A stretch of DNA of 64,000 nt from Eledone cirrhosa (lineage: Eukaryota): NCBI GenBank assembly GCA_964016885.1, contig OZ024751.1:37448001-37512000 (forward strand). Direction: 5' to 3'. Below are positions 12,465 to 25,890 of this stretch, piece after piece. Made by a program: the position numbers and the translations under genes. The notes below the pieces were generated by a model. That model worked only from the letters and a program-made list of their open reading frames with translations, was not told the DNA's origin and searched no databases. Position 1 is the first letter of the stretch. Every line of letters starts with the position of its first letter.

Positions 12465-15400
12465 AAGTAATATTTTAATTTAAGTAGCAATTCAATGAGT
12501 GATGTAAAAAGAAAAACAACACCAACAACAATCAAACAAACAAAAATAAATGTTATAATGATACAATTGGTTGAAGTTGGTTGAAGAGACGGATTTACAA
12601 AGAATTTCAGACAATCAGACTTCCCAGCGTCGCTGCTAACCAAAGCAATATATCGGCATTTCAGTTAGTATTTAAACAAAACGGCGCCAACATTGTGCTC
12701 GCTTCTTTGCTATATGTTATATTCCATTTCATGTAATGCTTGCACGGTAAAATATGTTTTTTAATATCAGCAGGTCGAACAGAAATGAAGTGGGGCTATT
12801 AGGCTATTTGACATGGGCCTAAGATAAGCTGGCCATGACAGAGGTTGAAGTAGAAGGTAGTCCAGTTGGCATGGAACCAACACTTTGATCTGTCAACGGC
12901 CTTCAAGTTACAATTCTCTTAGTCGATATGATCAACTAAATGAAAACGGTGCCGCACTCTATTTAGAGAAATTTACAGTTATACAAAGGCAAATGGAAAA
13001 ATGGAAACTGCAGATATAGGACATCTGACTGATGAAATGACAAGTCAATCAATCATATTGGTGACCTCCCCACAGCCCCGGCGGACAGAATGGAGAAGGC
13101 ATTTCTCCGAAGGATGGCCAGGGAGACGCGCTGGAAAAGCCATTCCAGCTCGCGAGGTTCACACCTGCGGCTGTCCAGTTGGTTCTGTTACACGTAAGCT
13201 CACCTTATACACATTCACCGTACATATATGCTTGCAGCACGCACCTGTATATACATATATAAATCATATATATTTAGTAATGATAATTAAAATAATCAAG
13301 GAGCAATTTCAAATGATGTCTATATTTCAGACTGAAGATTATGTAATTACCAGCTATAAGGGGCGTGGTGGCTCTATTTGATAGGGTCTCAGCTAAGTAG
13401 TACATTTCGGCTGAAACTTTACTTCGACTCTAGGGCTACGTCTAGCCGTGGTGGGAGGGGGCCTATATTTCAGATACAGTCTAGGCCAATGGCCAGCTTT
13501 TGGAATCTAAATTTTATTTAATTGAGGATGATACCAGTTATGGGGTGGCCTATATTATACACACGGTCCGGACCTATTACCACAATTCTTAGCATTTCTT
13601 AGCTGAAATTTTACTTCCACTCTAATTCTATGACCAGTTGTGAGATCCTATATTTTAGATATGGTCCAGCCAAGTACCAGCATCCAGATCCAAACATTTA
13701 TTACCTCTATAGACTTATTAATAAGCTTTGTGTGTGACAAAGAGATTCACAGATCAATTTCTGAATATATTGAATGTATAATAAATACTAGTAATATATT
13801 GGGGTTAGTTCAAGCTCTATTACAATCAGAGAAGGGTCATTTTGTCAAAATTCAATATCAGAATAAGTGTTAAATTTTATAGTCGACATAATTTTCCTTC
13901 TACCTATCACCATCCAAATGACCATCGGCATATTCATCTTAACGATCAATTCAACCCTGCTACTCCTTCCCCTTCACTTCGGCATCATCATCAACATCCT
14001 CATCTTAACCATTATCGTCTTGATGAAAGCATTTTCCTTTCCTTAGTAAGAAAAACATCAATATACCGCTGGTTCCTATATGATAGAATCGATTCATGCT
14101 TTTTATATGTTTATTATTATTGTTGTTGTTGTTATTGTTATTACTATTATTATTATTAATAATAATAATATTGGCGTTTTTACACCAAATCTCGAATACC
14201 ATTTTCCATTATTTCCTGGTTAAACATTTATTTTATTGTAAAAATATTCTCTTTTCTTGAAGTTAATGTGTTTTGCGATTCCACTTGATGTCTTTGCTAT
14301 CTTGATAGTGGCAGAGGGCGTGTGTGGTTGTGGTAATGTTGGTGGAAGACGATAATGGTTAAGATGAGGATGTTGATGATGATGCCGAAGTGAAGGGGAA
14401 GGAGTAGCAGGGTTGAATTGATCGTTAAGATGAATATGCCGATGGTCATTTGGATGGTGATAGGTAGAAGGAAAATTATGTCGACTATAAAATTTATCAC
14501 TTATTCTGATATTGAATTTTGACAAAATGACCCTTCTCTGATTGTAATAGATCTTGAACAAACCCCAATATATTACTAGTATTTATTATACATTCAATAT
14601 ATTCAGAAATTGATCTGTGAATCTCTGTCACATACAAAGCTTATTAATAAGTCTATAGAGGTAATAAATGTTTGGATCTGGATGCTGGTACTTGGCTGGA
14701 CCATATCTGAAATATAGGATCTCACAACTGGTCATAGAATTAGAGTGGAAGTAAAATTTCAGCTAAGAAATGCTAAGAATTGTGGTAATAGGTCCGGACC
14801 GTGTGTATAATATAGGCCACCCCATAACTGGTATCATCCTCAATTAAATAACATTTAGATTCCAAAAGCTGGCCATTGGCCTAGACTGTATCTGAAATAT
14901 AGGCCCCCCCCTCCCACCACGGTTAGACGTAGCCCCAGAGTCGAAGTAAAGTTTCAGCCGAAATGTACTACTTAGCTGAGACCCTATCAAATAGAGCCAC
15001 CACGCCCCTTATAGCTGGTAATTACATAATCTTCAGTCTGAAATATAGACATCATTTGAAATTGCTCCTTGATTATTTTAATTATCATTACTAAATATAT
15101 ATGATTTATATATGTATATACAGGTGCGTGCTGCAAGCATATATGTACGTTGAATGTGTATAAGGTGAGCTTACGTGTAACAGAACTAACTGGACAGCCG
15201 CAGGTGTGAACCTCGCGAGCTGGAATGGCTTTTCCAGCGCGTCTCCCTGGCCATCCTTCGGAGAAATGCCTTCTCTATTCCGTCCGCCGGGGCTGTGGGG
15301 AGGCCACCAATATGATTGATTGACTTGTCATTTCATCAGTCAGATGTCCTATATCTGCAGTTTCCATTTTTCCATTTGCCTTTGTATAACTGTGTACATT

Positions 15401-15906
15401 TCTCTAAATAGAGTGCGGCACCGTTTTCATTTAGTTGATCATATCGACTAAGAGAATTGTAACTTGAAGGCCGTTGACAGATCAAAGTGTTGGTTCCATG
15501 CCAACTGGACTACCTTCTACTTCAACCTCTGTCATGGCCAGCTTATCTTAGGCCCATGTCAAATAGCCTAATAGCCCCACTTCATTTCTGTTAGACCTGC
15601 TGATATTAAAAAAACATATTTTACCGTGCAAGCATTACATGAAATGGAATATAACATATAGCAAAGAAGCGAGCACAATGTTGGCGCCGTTTTGTTTAAA
15701 TACTAACTGAAACGCCGATATATTGCTTTCGTGAGCAGCGACGCTGGGAAGTCTGATTGTCTGACATTCTTTGTAAATCCGTCTCTTCAACCAACTTCAA
15801 CCAATTGTATCATTATAACATTTATTTTTGTTTGTTTGATTGTTGTTGGTGTTGTTTTTCTTTTTACATTACTCATTGAATTGCTACTTAAATTAAAATA
15901 TTACTT
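12465..15906. repeat. Large near-identical inverted duplication: arms 12465-14021 and 14346-15906, ~324 bp spacer
   Basis: The arms are reverse complements with scattered substitutions and indels. The ORF track shows mirrored peptides (12422..12643- vs 15731..15943+; 13842..14159+ vs 14220..14561-). Confidence 0.95.
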
Positions 15907-15978
15907 CATCAAGAAGTCTACGCTAGAAAGTGTGTTAATGTAACGTTGTAGAATAGAACATACTATAACATTAATAAT

Positions 15979-16167
15979 TGTTTCTATTTTAGGCACAAGG
16001 CCAGCAATTACCCAGTGCATTACTGGTACTTTATTTTATCGACCCCGTAAGGATGAAAGGCAAAGTCAACCTCGGCGGGATTTGAACTCAGATCGTAAAG
16101 GGACGTAACTATGCTGGAAGACATGGCGTCCGACCCTCTACCGATACTGCCAATCCACCGCCAATCC
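15979..16167 (-). mobile_element. Full-length SINE with a 17 bp target-site duplication
   Basis: ACTATAACATTAATAAT occurs at 15962-15978 and 16168-16184, flanking the SINE body. Confidence 0.9.
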
Positions 16168-16880
16168 ACTATAACATTAATAATATAGTATAAGATGTTA
16201 CCATATTGTAATAGTATTATATTAATAAATATTGACAAAATAAAGTCTAGTTGTAAGTAATTGTAAAGGAAGTAAATTTAAAGAGTGGATGAATGCATAA
16301 ATTAGCATATTTTTGAATAATTACCCAGTGTTGAATGATGTTAGACTAATTTGTTGTAGAGGAAGATATCTCATGTATACAGAGAGAGAGAGGGGTTGAG
16401 AGGGAGAGGGAAAAGGAGAGGGAGGGGAAGAGATGGGGAGGCAAGGAGAGAGAGTTAATAAAAGATTGTTTTTCGAACACTATACATATACACGCGCGCG
16501 AGAAGTGTATTTTATACACACACATATACTGTATATATATATTATAAACAAAATTCATACACTTAACATGAATGTGCTATCATTCGTTTCGGAGTCCAAG
16601 CAAGACCACCATTGTATATTGGTGGAGGCACCTTTAAACTGATCCTTCATTCGAGCACGTGGACAAAGATCTCTTGACAATAAGCTCTCTTACAACATAT
16701 CGAGCATGTTTTCCTTGATCTTTCGTACACAGATTTCTAGTAAAACACACACACACATACACATATATATATAAATATGGTCCATGTTTGTTTATCAATA
16801 CCTGATTGGTTTTTTCGTTGCTTTGGTATTATGTCGCTGGGTTCGCCTATCACAGTTTTCAATTTGTTAAGCTATCCACT

Positions 16881-16930
16881 AGGGCGGTGAATTGGCAGTA
16901 TCGGTAGAGTGTCGGACGCCATGCTTTCCA
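16881..16930 (+). mobile_element. SINE head only, truncated at a hairpin/hammerhead element
   Basis: AGGGCGGTGAATTGGCAGTATCGGTAGAGTGTCGGACGCCATGCTTTCCA matches the head of the 11501 copy and then stops abruptly. Confidence 0.85.
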
Positions 16931-17022
16931 CCATTACTGTTGAAGCTCCCGGAGCTTCCAACAGTAATGGTTGCATTCTTTAAGGGTATGTCAATATTTA
17001 TTTATAACATTGATCTATATTA

Positions 17023-17087
17023 TATTTTATCTGATGAAAGCACACCATAATTTAACTTGGTGTCCTTGAAATATGTATAATGAAATA
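17023..17087 (+). ncRNA. Minimal type I hammerhead ribozyme (family C)
   Basis: ATTTTAT CTGATGA AAGCACACCA-loop-TGGTGTCCTT GAAAT-ATGT-ATA^ATGAAAT. The element starts with a small hairpin at 16930-16971 and ends in (TA)n at ~17218. Confidence 0.75.
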
Positions 17088-17214
17088 AATATGGTTTTAT
17101 AAATATAGTTTCCATTTGTTAATATCGTATTTTTACTCCAAATATTTGTTGAGTGCTTTATATCAGTTATAAAAATATTTGCTTGTTGTATCCCAACAAT
17201 TTAAATAGAACTCT

Positions 17215-17253
<39 letters not shown>

Positions 17254-17361
17254 TAATATATATATATATATATATTATGCATACTCCAGTCCCACAAACT
17301 GTAGAGTGCTTCTTATCCGATATCTGCATTGCTTTATTGTACTACAATAAAACTCACCTCC

Positions 17362-17428
<67 letters not shown>

Positions 17429-18027
17429 CTAAATTGAGAAAAATGTAATAATGTCAACGCTTGATACCATGATTGCAAAGTTGAATGTAGTTCAATCGAA
17501 AATAAAAATCTTACTCGATGCTTTTACACACACACACATTCACACAGAGAGACATACTCATATATATTCATATACATTTAAATATATATATATATACATG
17601 TACATACATATATACATTTATACGAACATACGTACATATCTATATATACACACACATTATTGTATGTTTATAGATAATTATAATAGAAAGAGAATCATCG
17701 GAGACCTAAATAAAAAACACTAATAGAAAGTTTACCGTTAGTAACAATTGCAACAAAGTAAAACAATAAGGCAATTAATGTGTTTTAATGTTAAAACGCA
17801 CTGAATCATACAACTGTTTCTTGTGAGCTAAAAAATACATTATCTTTCTTCATATGTATGTCTATATTGGATGTAGCTATATATAATTTTACTTACTCTA
17901 TCTAGCACTATCTAATTGTATTTTTGTATCTATCACAGAACGCACGTAGTACAGCAAAACACATACACACTCATATATATATATATATATATAAACATGA
18001 GAAGAAAGAAGAATACTGCGTGGTTTG

Positions 18028-18071
<44 letters not shown>

Positions 18072-18163
18072 GATAGATATACATTTGCGTGTCGAAATTG
18101 GTTTGTGTGTCTGTTTATGAAAGCTTGTATATGAGTGTAATCGTATGTTCTGATCACACATGC

Positions 18164-18279
<116 letters not shown>

Positions 18280-18747
18280 TTCACGAAATGATTGTAAACA
18301 ATTATTCTTACACCCCCCCCCCCAACACCTTTGATAAAAACATGTTAAAATGCGATATACATACAACATAGAAATCCATTAATATCCAGTAAGAAAATAA
18401 CATTCAGATAGTTGTCCTAAAACTCAACGAAACTTAAATATGGAAGAACAAATGATATTACTTTAAATTGTAACATTGTCGAGACAACTAAGTAAAATGG
18501 AATTTGAAATACAATTTGTGTTATGAAGAACATTTTAAATGCAATGTGGTAACTACAGCAAGAAAATAATAAAACCAAATGAGAGAAGATATATTAATCC
18601 CCAGTACATATTGGAAAACTTCAGTCTTTATATTTTCAAATACACAGCAGAAAAAGAACTATTCTAAGTGTAAATTACTCCAGACAACTATATTATATGT
18701 GGAGAGTTATTATACTTTATTAAATTAAATATTTATAAAAATATTTC

Positions 18748-19300
18748 CTGGAGTATTACTTCTCCGAATTGAGAGATCAAAGCTCCGATACTATGGGCAT
18801 GTGTTTAGAATGTCTCAGGATATAATCTCCGAATTGAGGGATCAAAGCTCCGATACTATGGGCATGTGTTTAGAATGTCTCAGGATATAATCTCCGAATT
18901 GAGGGATCAAAGCTCCGATACTATGGGCATGTAGTTAGAATGTCTCAGTATATAATCTCCGAATTGAGGGATCACAGTTCCGATACTATGGGCATGTGGT
19001 TAGAATGTCTCAGGAAATAATGTCCGAATTGAGGGATCACAGCTCCGATACTATGGGCATGAGGTTAGAATCTTTCAGGAAATAATCGCTGGACAGATTT
19101 TTACGGTCAAAACCAACCGGCAGGAAAGCCAAGAGTAGACCCCGAGTAAGATGGTTAGATAACATCCATGAGCTTGGCTGGTCTCGTTTGGTAATCCAGC
19201 CGGATCGGTTGGGGGCGGTTGCTTCTGACAGGACCCACTGGAGCGAGTTTTTGTGTACTGCCTCCACGACCCTCACCTGAATAAGGGGCCGAAGAAGAAG
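18748..19300 (+). mobile_element. RTE-clade LINE 3' fragment with an internal 5x65 bp tandem expansion and a GAAGAAGAAG tail
   Basis: The unit encodes LRIE(R/G)SKLRYYGHVFRM. Downstream, KPTGRK..SRPRVRWLDNIHELGWSRL resembles RTE/Expander C-termini. Confidence 0.85.
18761..19085 (+). repeat. Minisatellite, 5 copies of 65 bp
   Basis: T(C/G)TCCGAATTGAG starts at 18761, 18826, 18891, 18956 and 19021. Confidence 0.95.
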
Positions 19301-19456
19301 ATTACGAAATCCTCATATATAAATTACGAGGGAATATCTTTCAAACTCTGAAATGATAAGACTGCAATGATCGTATTATCAAATATTGTTATGAAGAAAT
19401 ATGATAGCACAGAACACTTGAGTATCTTGGGACTAAAGTATGAATTATATGTGACT

Positions 19457-20110
19457 AAAAATTATATGTGAATGAAAAAAATGGTGTGCTGCGTTGTTGC
19501 GAGTGTGATACATATGAATGAAAATAGACCCAACTCGGTCTATTTTCATTCATATGTATCACACTCGCAATAACGAAGCACGCCATTTTTTCATTCACAT
19601 ATAATTTTTTTCCCTCGCTGGGGTTCGTATATTTTCTATCACCTTACTGCTATCCTCTTTCTCTCTCCCCCTTCCCTCTCCTTGTACCTCTTGCCTTCTT
19701 TCACTCCCTCTTCTGGTAACACTCTCGGCTGGCCTCTTCCTCACACTTTCACTCACTCACTTTCTGCTACTCCCCCTCTCTCACTTCCTCCCGTCTGAAT
19801 TGTGTGAAATCCTTTTCTCTCTCACTTTTCGCGTAGCTCGGACGCGACTCCCTCTTCTCGTCGATTGATTTGTTCAGACTTAAGTCCACAAGATTCATTG
19901 AGTTGTCTCTCTTTTCCTCTCTTTACGTTGCATTACTACCATGTTGTTTGTTTACTTTCCCCTTCCAATTCACTGTCCCAATAACTTATTTTAGTTATAG
20001 CTCGCACTGATTAAGAGGTATTTAGTCTTTAATGCGAAGAAATACCAATGATAAGAAGCAGACTACTGATGATGGACAGTCCCGTTTCTCGGTCTATTTT
20101 CATTCATATA
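19457..20110 (+). mobile_element. pLTR/retrozyme-like element with an inverted 5' arm, a ~550 bp unit and terminal redundancy
   Basis: Hairpin 19457-19530/19537-19607. CTCGGTCTATTTTCATTCATAT at ~19534 recurs at ~20087, just before a TA run. The interior is pyrimidine-rich, with a partial CTGATGA-TGGACAGTCC motif at ~20066. Confidence 0.7.
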
Positions 20111-20213
20111 TATATACATGACATTTGTGAGTTTTATATCGAATTAACGACCTTACGATCATAAGTTGTACATCCTATGCATGAAGCTATGTCTATATGC
20201 CTATATAATTATA

Positions 20214-20251
<38 letters not shown>

Positions 20252-20499
20252 GAGGGGCTTGTTCACAAATAAATATACAGTCACCCCACCCCCATATATA
20301 TATATATATATATATATATGTGTCTGTGTGTGTATGTGTGTAAATGGTTCCATGATTAACTGTATACAATTATGTATAAGTTGTAAAAAAGTTCACAAAG
20401 AAATCCAATAAACGAATGAAAATGGAAATAATAAAAAACGCCAACAATTTCTTTATTGCTTTTGTCTTTTTCAGTATTACAAAACCTTCTGTTTCTGTG

Positions 20500-20760
20500 A
20501 CTACTACTACTACTACTATTGAAACTACTACACCTACTGCAACTACTACTACTGCTACTACTCCTACCACTTCTACTGCTCCTACTACTGCTACTACCAC
20601 CACCACCGCTACTACCACCACCACCACTACTACACTACTACTACTACCACCACCACCACTAGTACTATTACTACTACTACTGCTACCACTACTACTAATA
20701 TTACTACAACCACTACCCCCTTCCGTTCTACTTCGACTATAACTACTAATAATAATAATG
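20500..20760. repeat. (ACT/ACC)n trinucleotide low-complexity tract
   Basis: Visible directly; it accounts for the poly-Thr and poly-Val ORFs. Confidence 0.9.
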
Positions 20761-20898
20761 ATTTCTGTATTTGCCATAATGCTGTCGGCAGGTAGAGTGT
20801 CAGAAATAATGAGATGAATGGAACATATTTCTATGGAAGCGGAGGAATTAATGAGGGAAAGAATTAAAGAAAAAATTGTATATACGTATTCACACACA

Positions 20899-20929
<31 letters not shown>

Positions 20930-20971
20930 GATATATACACAGGCATACATACACACACATACACATACACA

Positions 20972-21026
<55 letters not shown>

Positions 21027-21039
21027 TATATATATGCGT

Positions 21040-21076
<37 letters not shown>

Positions 21077-21340
21077 CGTACATATGTATATTCAACCATA
21101 TATATACGCACATATGTATATACGTACGTATGTATATACGTACACACACACACACACACGTACGTATGTATATACGTACACCCACACACACACACGTATA
21201 TATATATATATATATACGTGTGTGAGTGTGTGTGTGTACGTATATACATACGTACGTATATACATATGTGCGTATATATATAGTCGAATATACATATGTA
21301 CGTATATATATAAATGCGTGTGTGTACGCATACATATATA

Positions 21341-21379
<39 letters not shown>

Positions 21380-21393
21380 TGTGTGTGTGTGTA

Positions 21394-21437
<44 letters not shown>

Positions 21438-22031
21438 CTACATATATTTATATATATACATATATATGTACATACATACGTATATATACATACATGAACT
21501 AGAATTGTATGTCGGTTAGACTGACAAAAAAAATACGAAGAATGAAATAAAACAATAACTAGAGGGATAGGGGTGTGGGTCTATCAGTAGGGCTTTGATA
21601 TTTCATGTGTATAGGATGTTGGGTGTATGATGTGACTATTCCTGATATATTGATCTGCAGATGTATTGAAATATTTCAATAATGCTATTGCACAGATGTT
21701 TCATGCAGCAGGTAGTGAGCTATAGAGAGGCAGGTCGCCTGTTGAAACAGACAAGCTGGCGCAAGCCAAGTGCACACATGCGCACACATGCAGACATTCA
21801 GAAGAATAAACAAGCAAAAAACTTTCTATTCATTTATTTAATTCATTACAATTACAGAACAAGTACTGTTTCACTCTATTAACGAAATATTCGAGTTGGG
21901 GGAATTCTGAAAGACAAAGATTGTTGAAACCTACCATATCCCAAATAATCAGTAGTAGGTGAGAATGCCAGACAGCTGTTTCCGGGGCAGTAGATGTAAA
22001 TAAGCATCTCTAGATGGTTTCAAATACATCC

Positions 22032-22078
<47 letters not shown>

Positions 22079-22314
22079 GAAGGTGAGTAATATTGTAGAA
22101 CAATAGAACTATGCATATATCAGATAATTAGCAAAAGTCTCTCTCTTTCTCTCTTCCTTTTTTCTTCTTTTTTTCCCTTTCTTTTTTCTTTTTCCTTGTT
22201 CTCTTTTTTCTTTTTCTTCTATATTCCTATCTATTTCTTATTATAATATTAACACTTATATTTCTGTCATATGTAGACTTACCACTTTCCTGTAAACAAG
22301 TGCTATTACGCCTT

Positions 22315-22384
22315 ATTTTATCTTATGAGAACACAATTTTTGTCCCAGGATGATTTTTGTATTCAAAATGCGCATAATATAATA
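22315..22384 (+). ncRNA. Degenerate hammerhead with two core mutations
   Basis: ATTTTAT CTTATGA GAACACAA...TTGTATTC AAAA TGCGCATA ATATAAT. Stems I and II and the palindrome ATGCGCAT are retained, but CUGAUGA>CUUAUGA and GAAA>AAAA. Confidence 0.45.
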
Positions 22385-24959
22385 TATGGAACTCTTTTAA
22401 CCATCTTTAAATTTCTTATATATATATATATATATTAACCGTTGATTGCCAAATAAATTACATTGGAGATATAAAAGATACAGAATCCCAAACCAATCAA
22501 ACAGTGTGCTCTGTTATTTCTGGCAATATTATAACAATATGGCCCTCCCCAAGTATAACAATATATATATACACACTATATATATATATATATGGAATAG
22601 ATTTATTTCCATATACATGAGTATGTAAATCATTTGCTAGCATCATGTGATGAAGCAAGCACTACTTCTATTACTTTTGTTGCTACTGCTATCATTTTGA
22701 AGACGCGTTATAACCCCTGTTTCGAGTTATTCAAATATTGCTGAATATGTTTATTACTGGTGCAAGGCAATGTCCAAGAGAGACTTTGAATACTTTGGTT
22801 TACAATGACCGCCTGCATAGCACTTTTAGATTAAGACTCACCTAAAACCGAATGATCATTATAGTTAATTCCCGAAACCTTTGTGTTTACGTAGATGACA
22901 TTATAGTCACTATTGTTCAAATTGCGTTTGATACAATATGTATTTGTAAATCTATTAACATTTAAAGTACACGTTTTCTGTATTTTTATATAATACGGTT
23001 TAGTGACATTCTTCTACAATTATATCCGTTGGATAAAGTACAGGTACATTTATTGAAATATCTGTGAAATAGTGTCTTTTTTAAAAATCTATCTATAAGC
23101 TAAGATATAAGATTGTTAAACGTGGGAAGAAATTCTCCCGGTGAAGAAATTAATTATCTTATCTTACGGTAATATTTATCTCACTAAATCTTCTTTCCAT
23201 ATATTGTTTACATTTGTATAGTGAACAAACAAATTCAAGCTTTCAGTGAAATATAGACAAAGCGATGTAAATGGTAAAAATTTCTTGTATAAAGATATTC
23301 CGAGTAAACAGTATGAAGTCTTGCTAATTCAAATTTTTTAATGAAAAGCCTACATTATATTTCAAAAATATTTCAATGACACAGCTTAATTATATATCTT
23401 ATGCAACATGGCGTTCTTTCATTCACATGAAATATTCTACGAATTGTTATTTTTTTTTACATATCTGATTCTATAAATTGATGAATACCTAGGAATTTTC
23501 TAATTCTGTCTGAATTACATATTGCTTATATACAGCGTTACTTCTGTTTTTAAGTTCGAAAATTATATATTTGTTTTTCGTTTTGTGACCGATAAAAATG
23601 GTCCCCGTCATTTACTAGGATCGATTTTCTCTCTATCTCTCAACCAGAGTTAAAATAACCAAGATAACTGTCTAAACATCTATCAGGAAATTTAGAGTCC
23701 ATACATATGTGAACGTATCAAATATATGTAGGTATGTGATATACAAATGTTTCACACATCTCGTGAAATTACGATGATATTAAACAAAGTTACGAAGGCA
23801 GTAGACAATGAGTATGTAGAGAGAAGTCCTTCACTTTAATATCGAGAAAAAACATCTACAACTGTAACCATTACCAGTTTACTTCTTGCACTACAACACA
23901 CAGAAGAAAACTACTTAATGTTGGTGTATTTTTGTTAGAAAACTTCGATCAATACATCTGATTTTATTGAAGTTGATAAGTAGTGATTTGTATGCTTTCA
24001 AATAGATATTATTCGCGAAATTGCAGTCAAATAAAATTAAAATATTATCTAGGCCAATTTTCTTCATTTTCTTAAAATGTAATTGCCGGAGGAAACGTTC
24101 TGCTTGCGACACTCACATAATCTAACTATAGTTTGGAGTCGATACATTACACAATAGAAAATAGTAAACTAAACTTTACTCTAACTACTTAATCCCTCCA
24201 TATTCAGTTTTCAATTCTTAAAGAATTCAATATTACATTTTTCAATGCCTTCCTTTCAATAGAAGAAGTATCATTAAATGCAGCAGAAACTATTCAAAGG
24301 AAATGTACTTACACAGATACGACAGTTGGTCTGGTGCCTTACAAAACAAAAAGAATATTGATATATTTTATATCTATCAGTAGTTTTAGCATTTGGACAA
24401 CAATAAAATCGTTGCATTTTGGAGACAGTTAAAGTAAACTTAGAATTGACTGAAAAGAAAAGTTATATAGAAGAAAATGTTATATTTAACAGCGTTACAT
24501 AACTTCTGGATAACTAAAGAGAAGAATAACAACAACAACATTATATATCTATATATATATATTGTATGTATATTATGTATACAGTGTGTAATAGTTTCAT
24601 TCATGCAATTTGCATATCTCGTGCATGACTTTCCCTTTCAGGGCCAATTTTCCTCGGTAATTCTTCCCGATCTCTTCTTACACTAATAAATTTATCTAAC
24701 GTTCAGACAAAGAGTCTGTTAGAAATGGCTCCAGCACAACTAGTTTCGTGCCGGAGCAAGTAATGCATATTACGCTTGAGGATTATAATCACCAGACCAC
24801 CAGCATGGAGGCCTGAGGAAATGATTTCCACCAAATCAATTAAAACATAATGAGATTATCCATGCGCTACCTTTCTTTCCAATGATTCATCGTCACACTC
24901 ATATCATTATATATATATATATATATATATACGCACACATACATATATACATATATACG

Positions 24960-25000
<41 letters not shown>

Positions 25001-25123
25001 GCACACATACATATATATATATATACATATATACGCACACATACATATATATATACACGCACACATACATATATATATACATATACACGCACACATACAT
25101 ATATATACATATACATATATACG

Positions 25124-25200
<77 letters not shown>

Positions 25201-25245
25201 GCACACATACACACATACATATATATATATATATACATATATACG

Positions 25246-25304
<59 letters not shown>

Positions 25305-25724
25305 GGAGAGGAGAAGAGTGAGTAGAGAAACACAGATACAGATAGATATATGGATATGTAGATAGATTTAAAGATAAGCATATGATAGCACACACCTGTA
25401 TATATATATATATATTATAAAGTAGGTTTCATTGTATTCGTACATGTGTATGTACATAATGAATAAATGAAACACTATATAATTATTTAGAACATGAAGT
25501 TTGAATACACACGACAATACATGCATCAGTAATAGAAAACATTTGTTTAATTTTGGAGAAACTCTTAGTTATTCTCATAGTTTGAAATACATCAGGAGTT
25601 GTATCTTATTTTTCCACACTTACATGAAACATTTTGAGAAGTTTCCACATTTAAACCTCAGCAAAATAGTAAATATAAACATGCGATTCATTAAGTAATA
25701 TGTAGAATCAAATAACGCAGCCAC

Positions 25725-25890
25725 AGAGTCGGGCTCATCCAGACACAGCTCGTATATATGTAGGCACAGACGCGAGCTTGCCCATACCCGGCCCGTATAT
25801 ATATAGGCACAGACACGAGCTGGCCCATAGACGGCCCGTATATATGCAAGTAAAGAGACAGGCTAGCCCATACACGGCGTGTATAAACAT
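25725..25890. repeat. Diverged 43 bp GC-richer minisatellite (~3.7 copies)
   Basis: CGTATAT recurs at 25751, 25794 and 25837. The unit is approximately GGCCCGTATATATGTAGGCACAGACACGAGCTGGCCCATAC. Confidence 0.75.

Noticed and set aside
13029-13060. CTGATGA inside the large inverted arm
   Set aside because: No GAAA follows the short TGAC/GTCA stem, and no stem I partner is present.
18761-19085. Regularly spaced repeats resembling a CRISPR array
   Set aside because: The units are contiguous near-identical 65-mers with no unique spacers, they derive from RTE coding sequence, and the context is eukaryotic with no cas genes.
20416-20742. ORF resembling a signal peptide plus mucin-like Thr-rich protein
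   Set aside because: The body is an (ACT/ACC)n microsatellite that shifts into poly-Leu; no splice or homology support.
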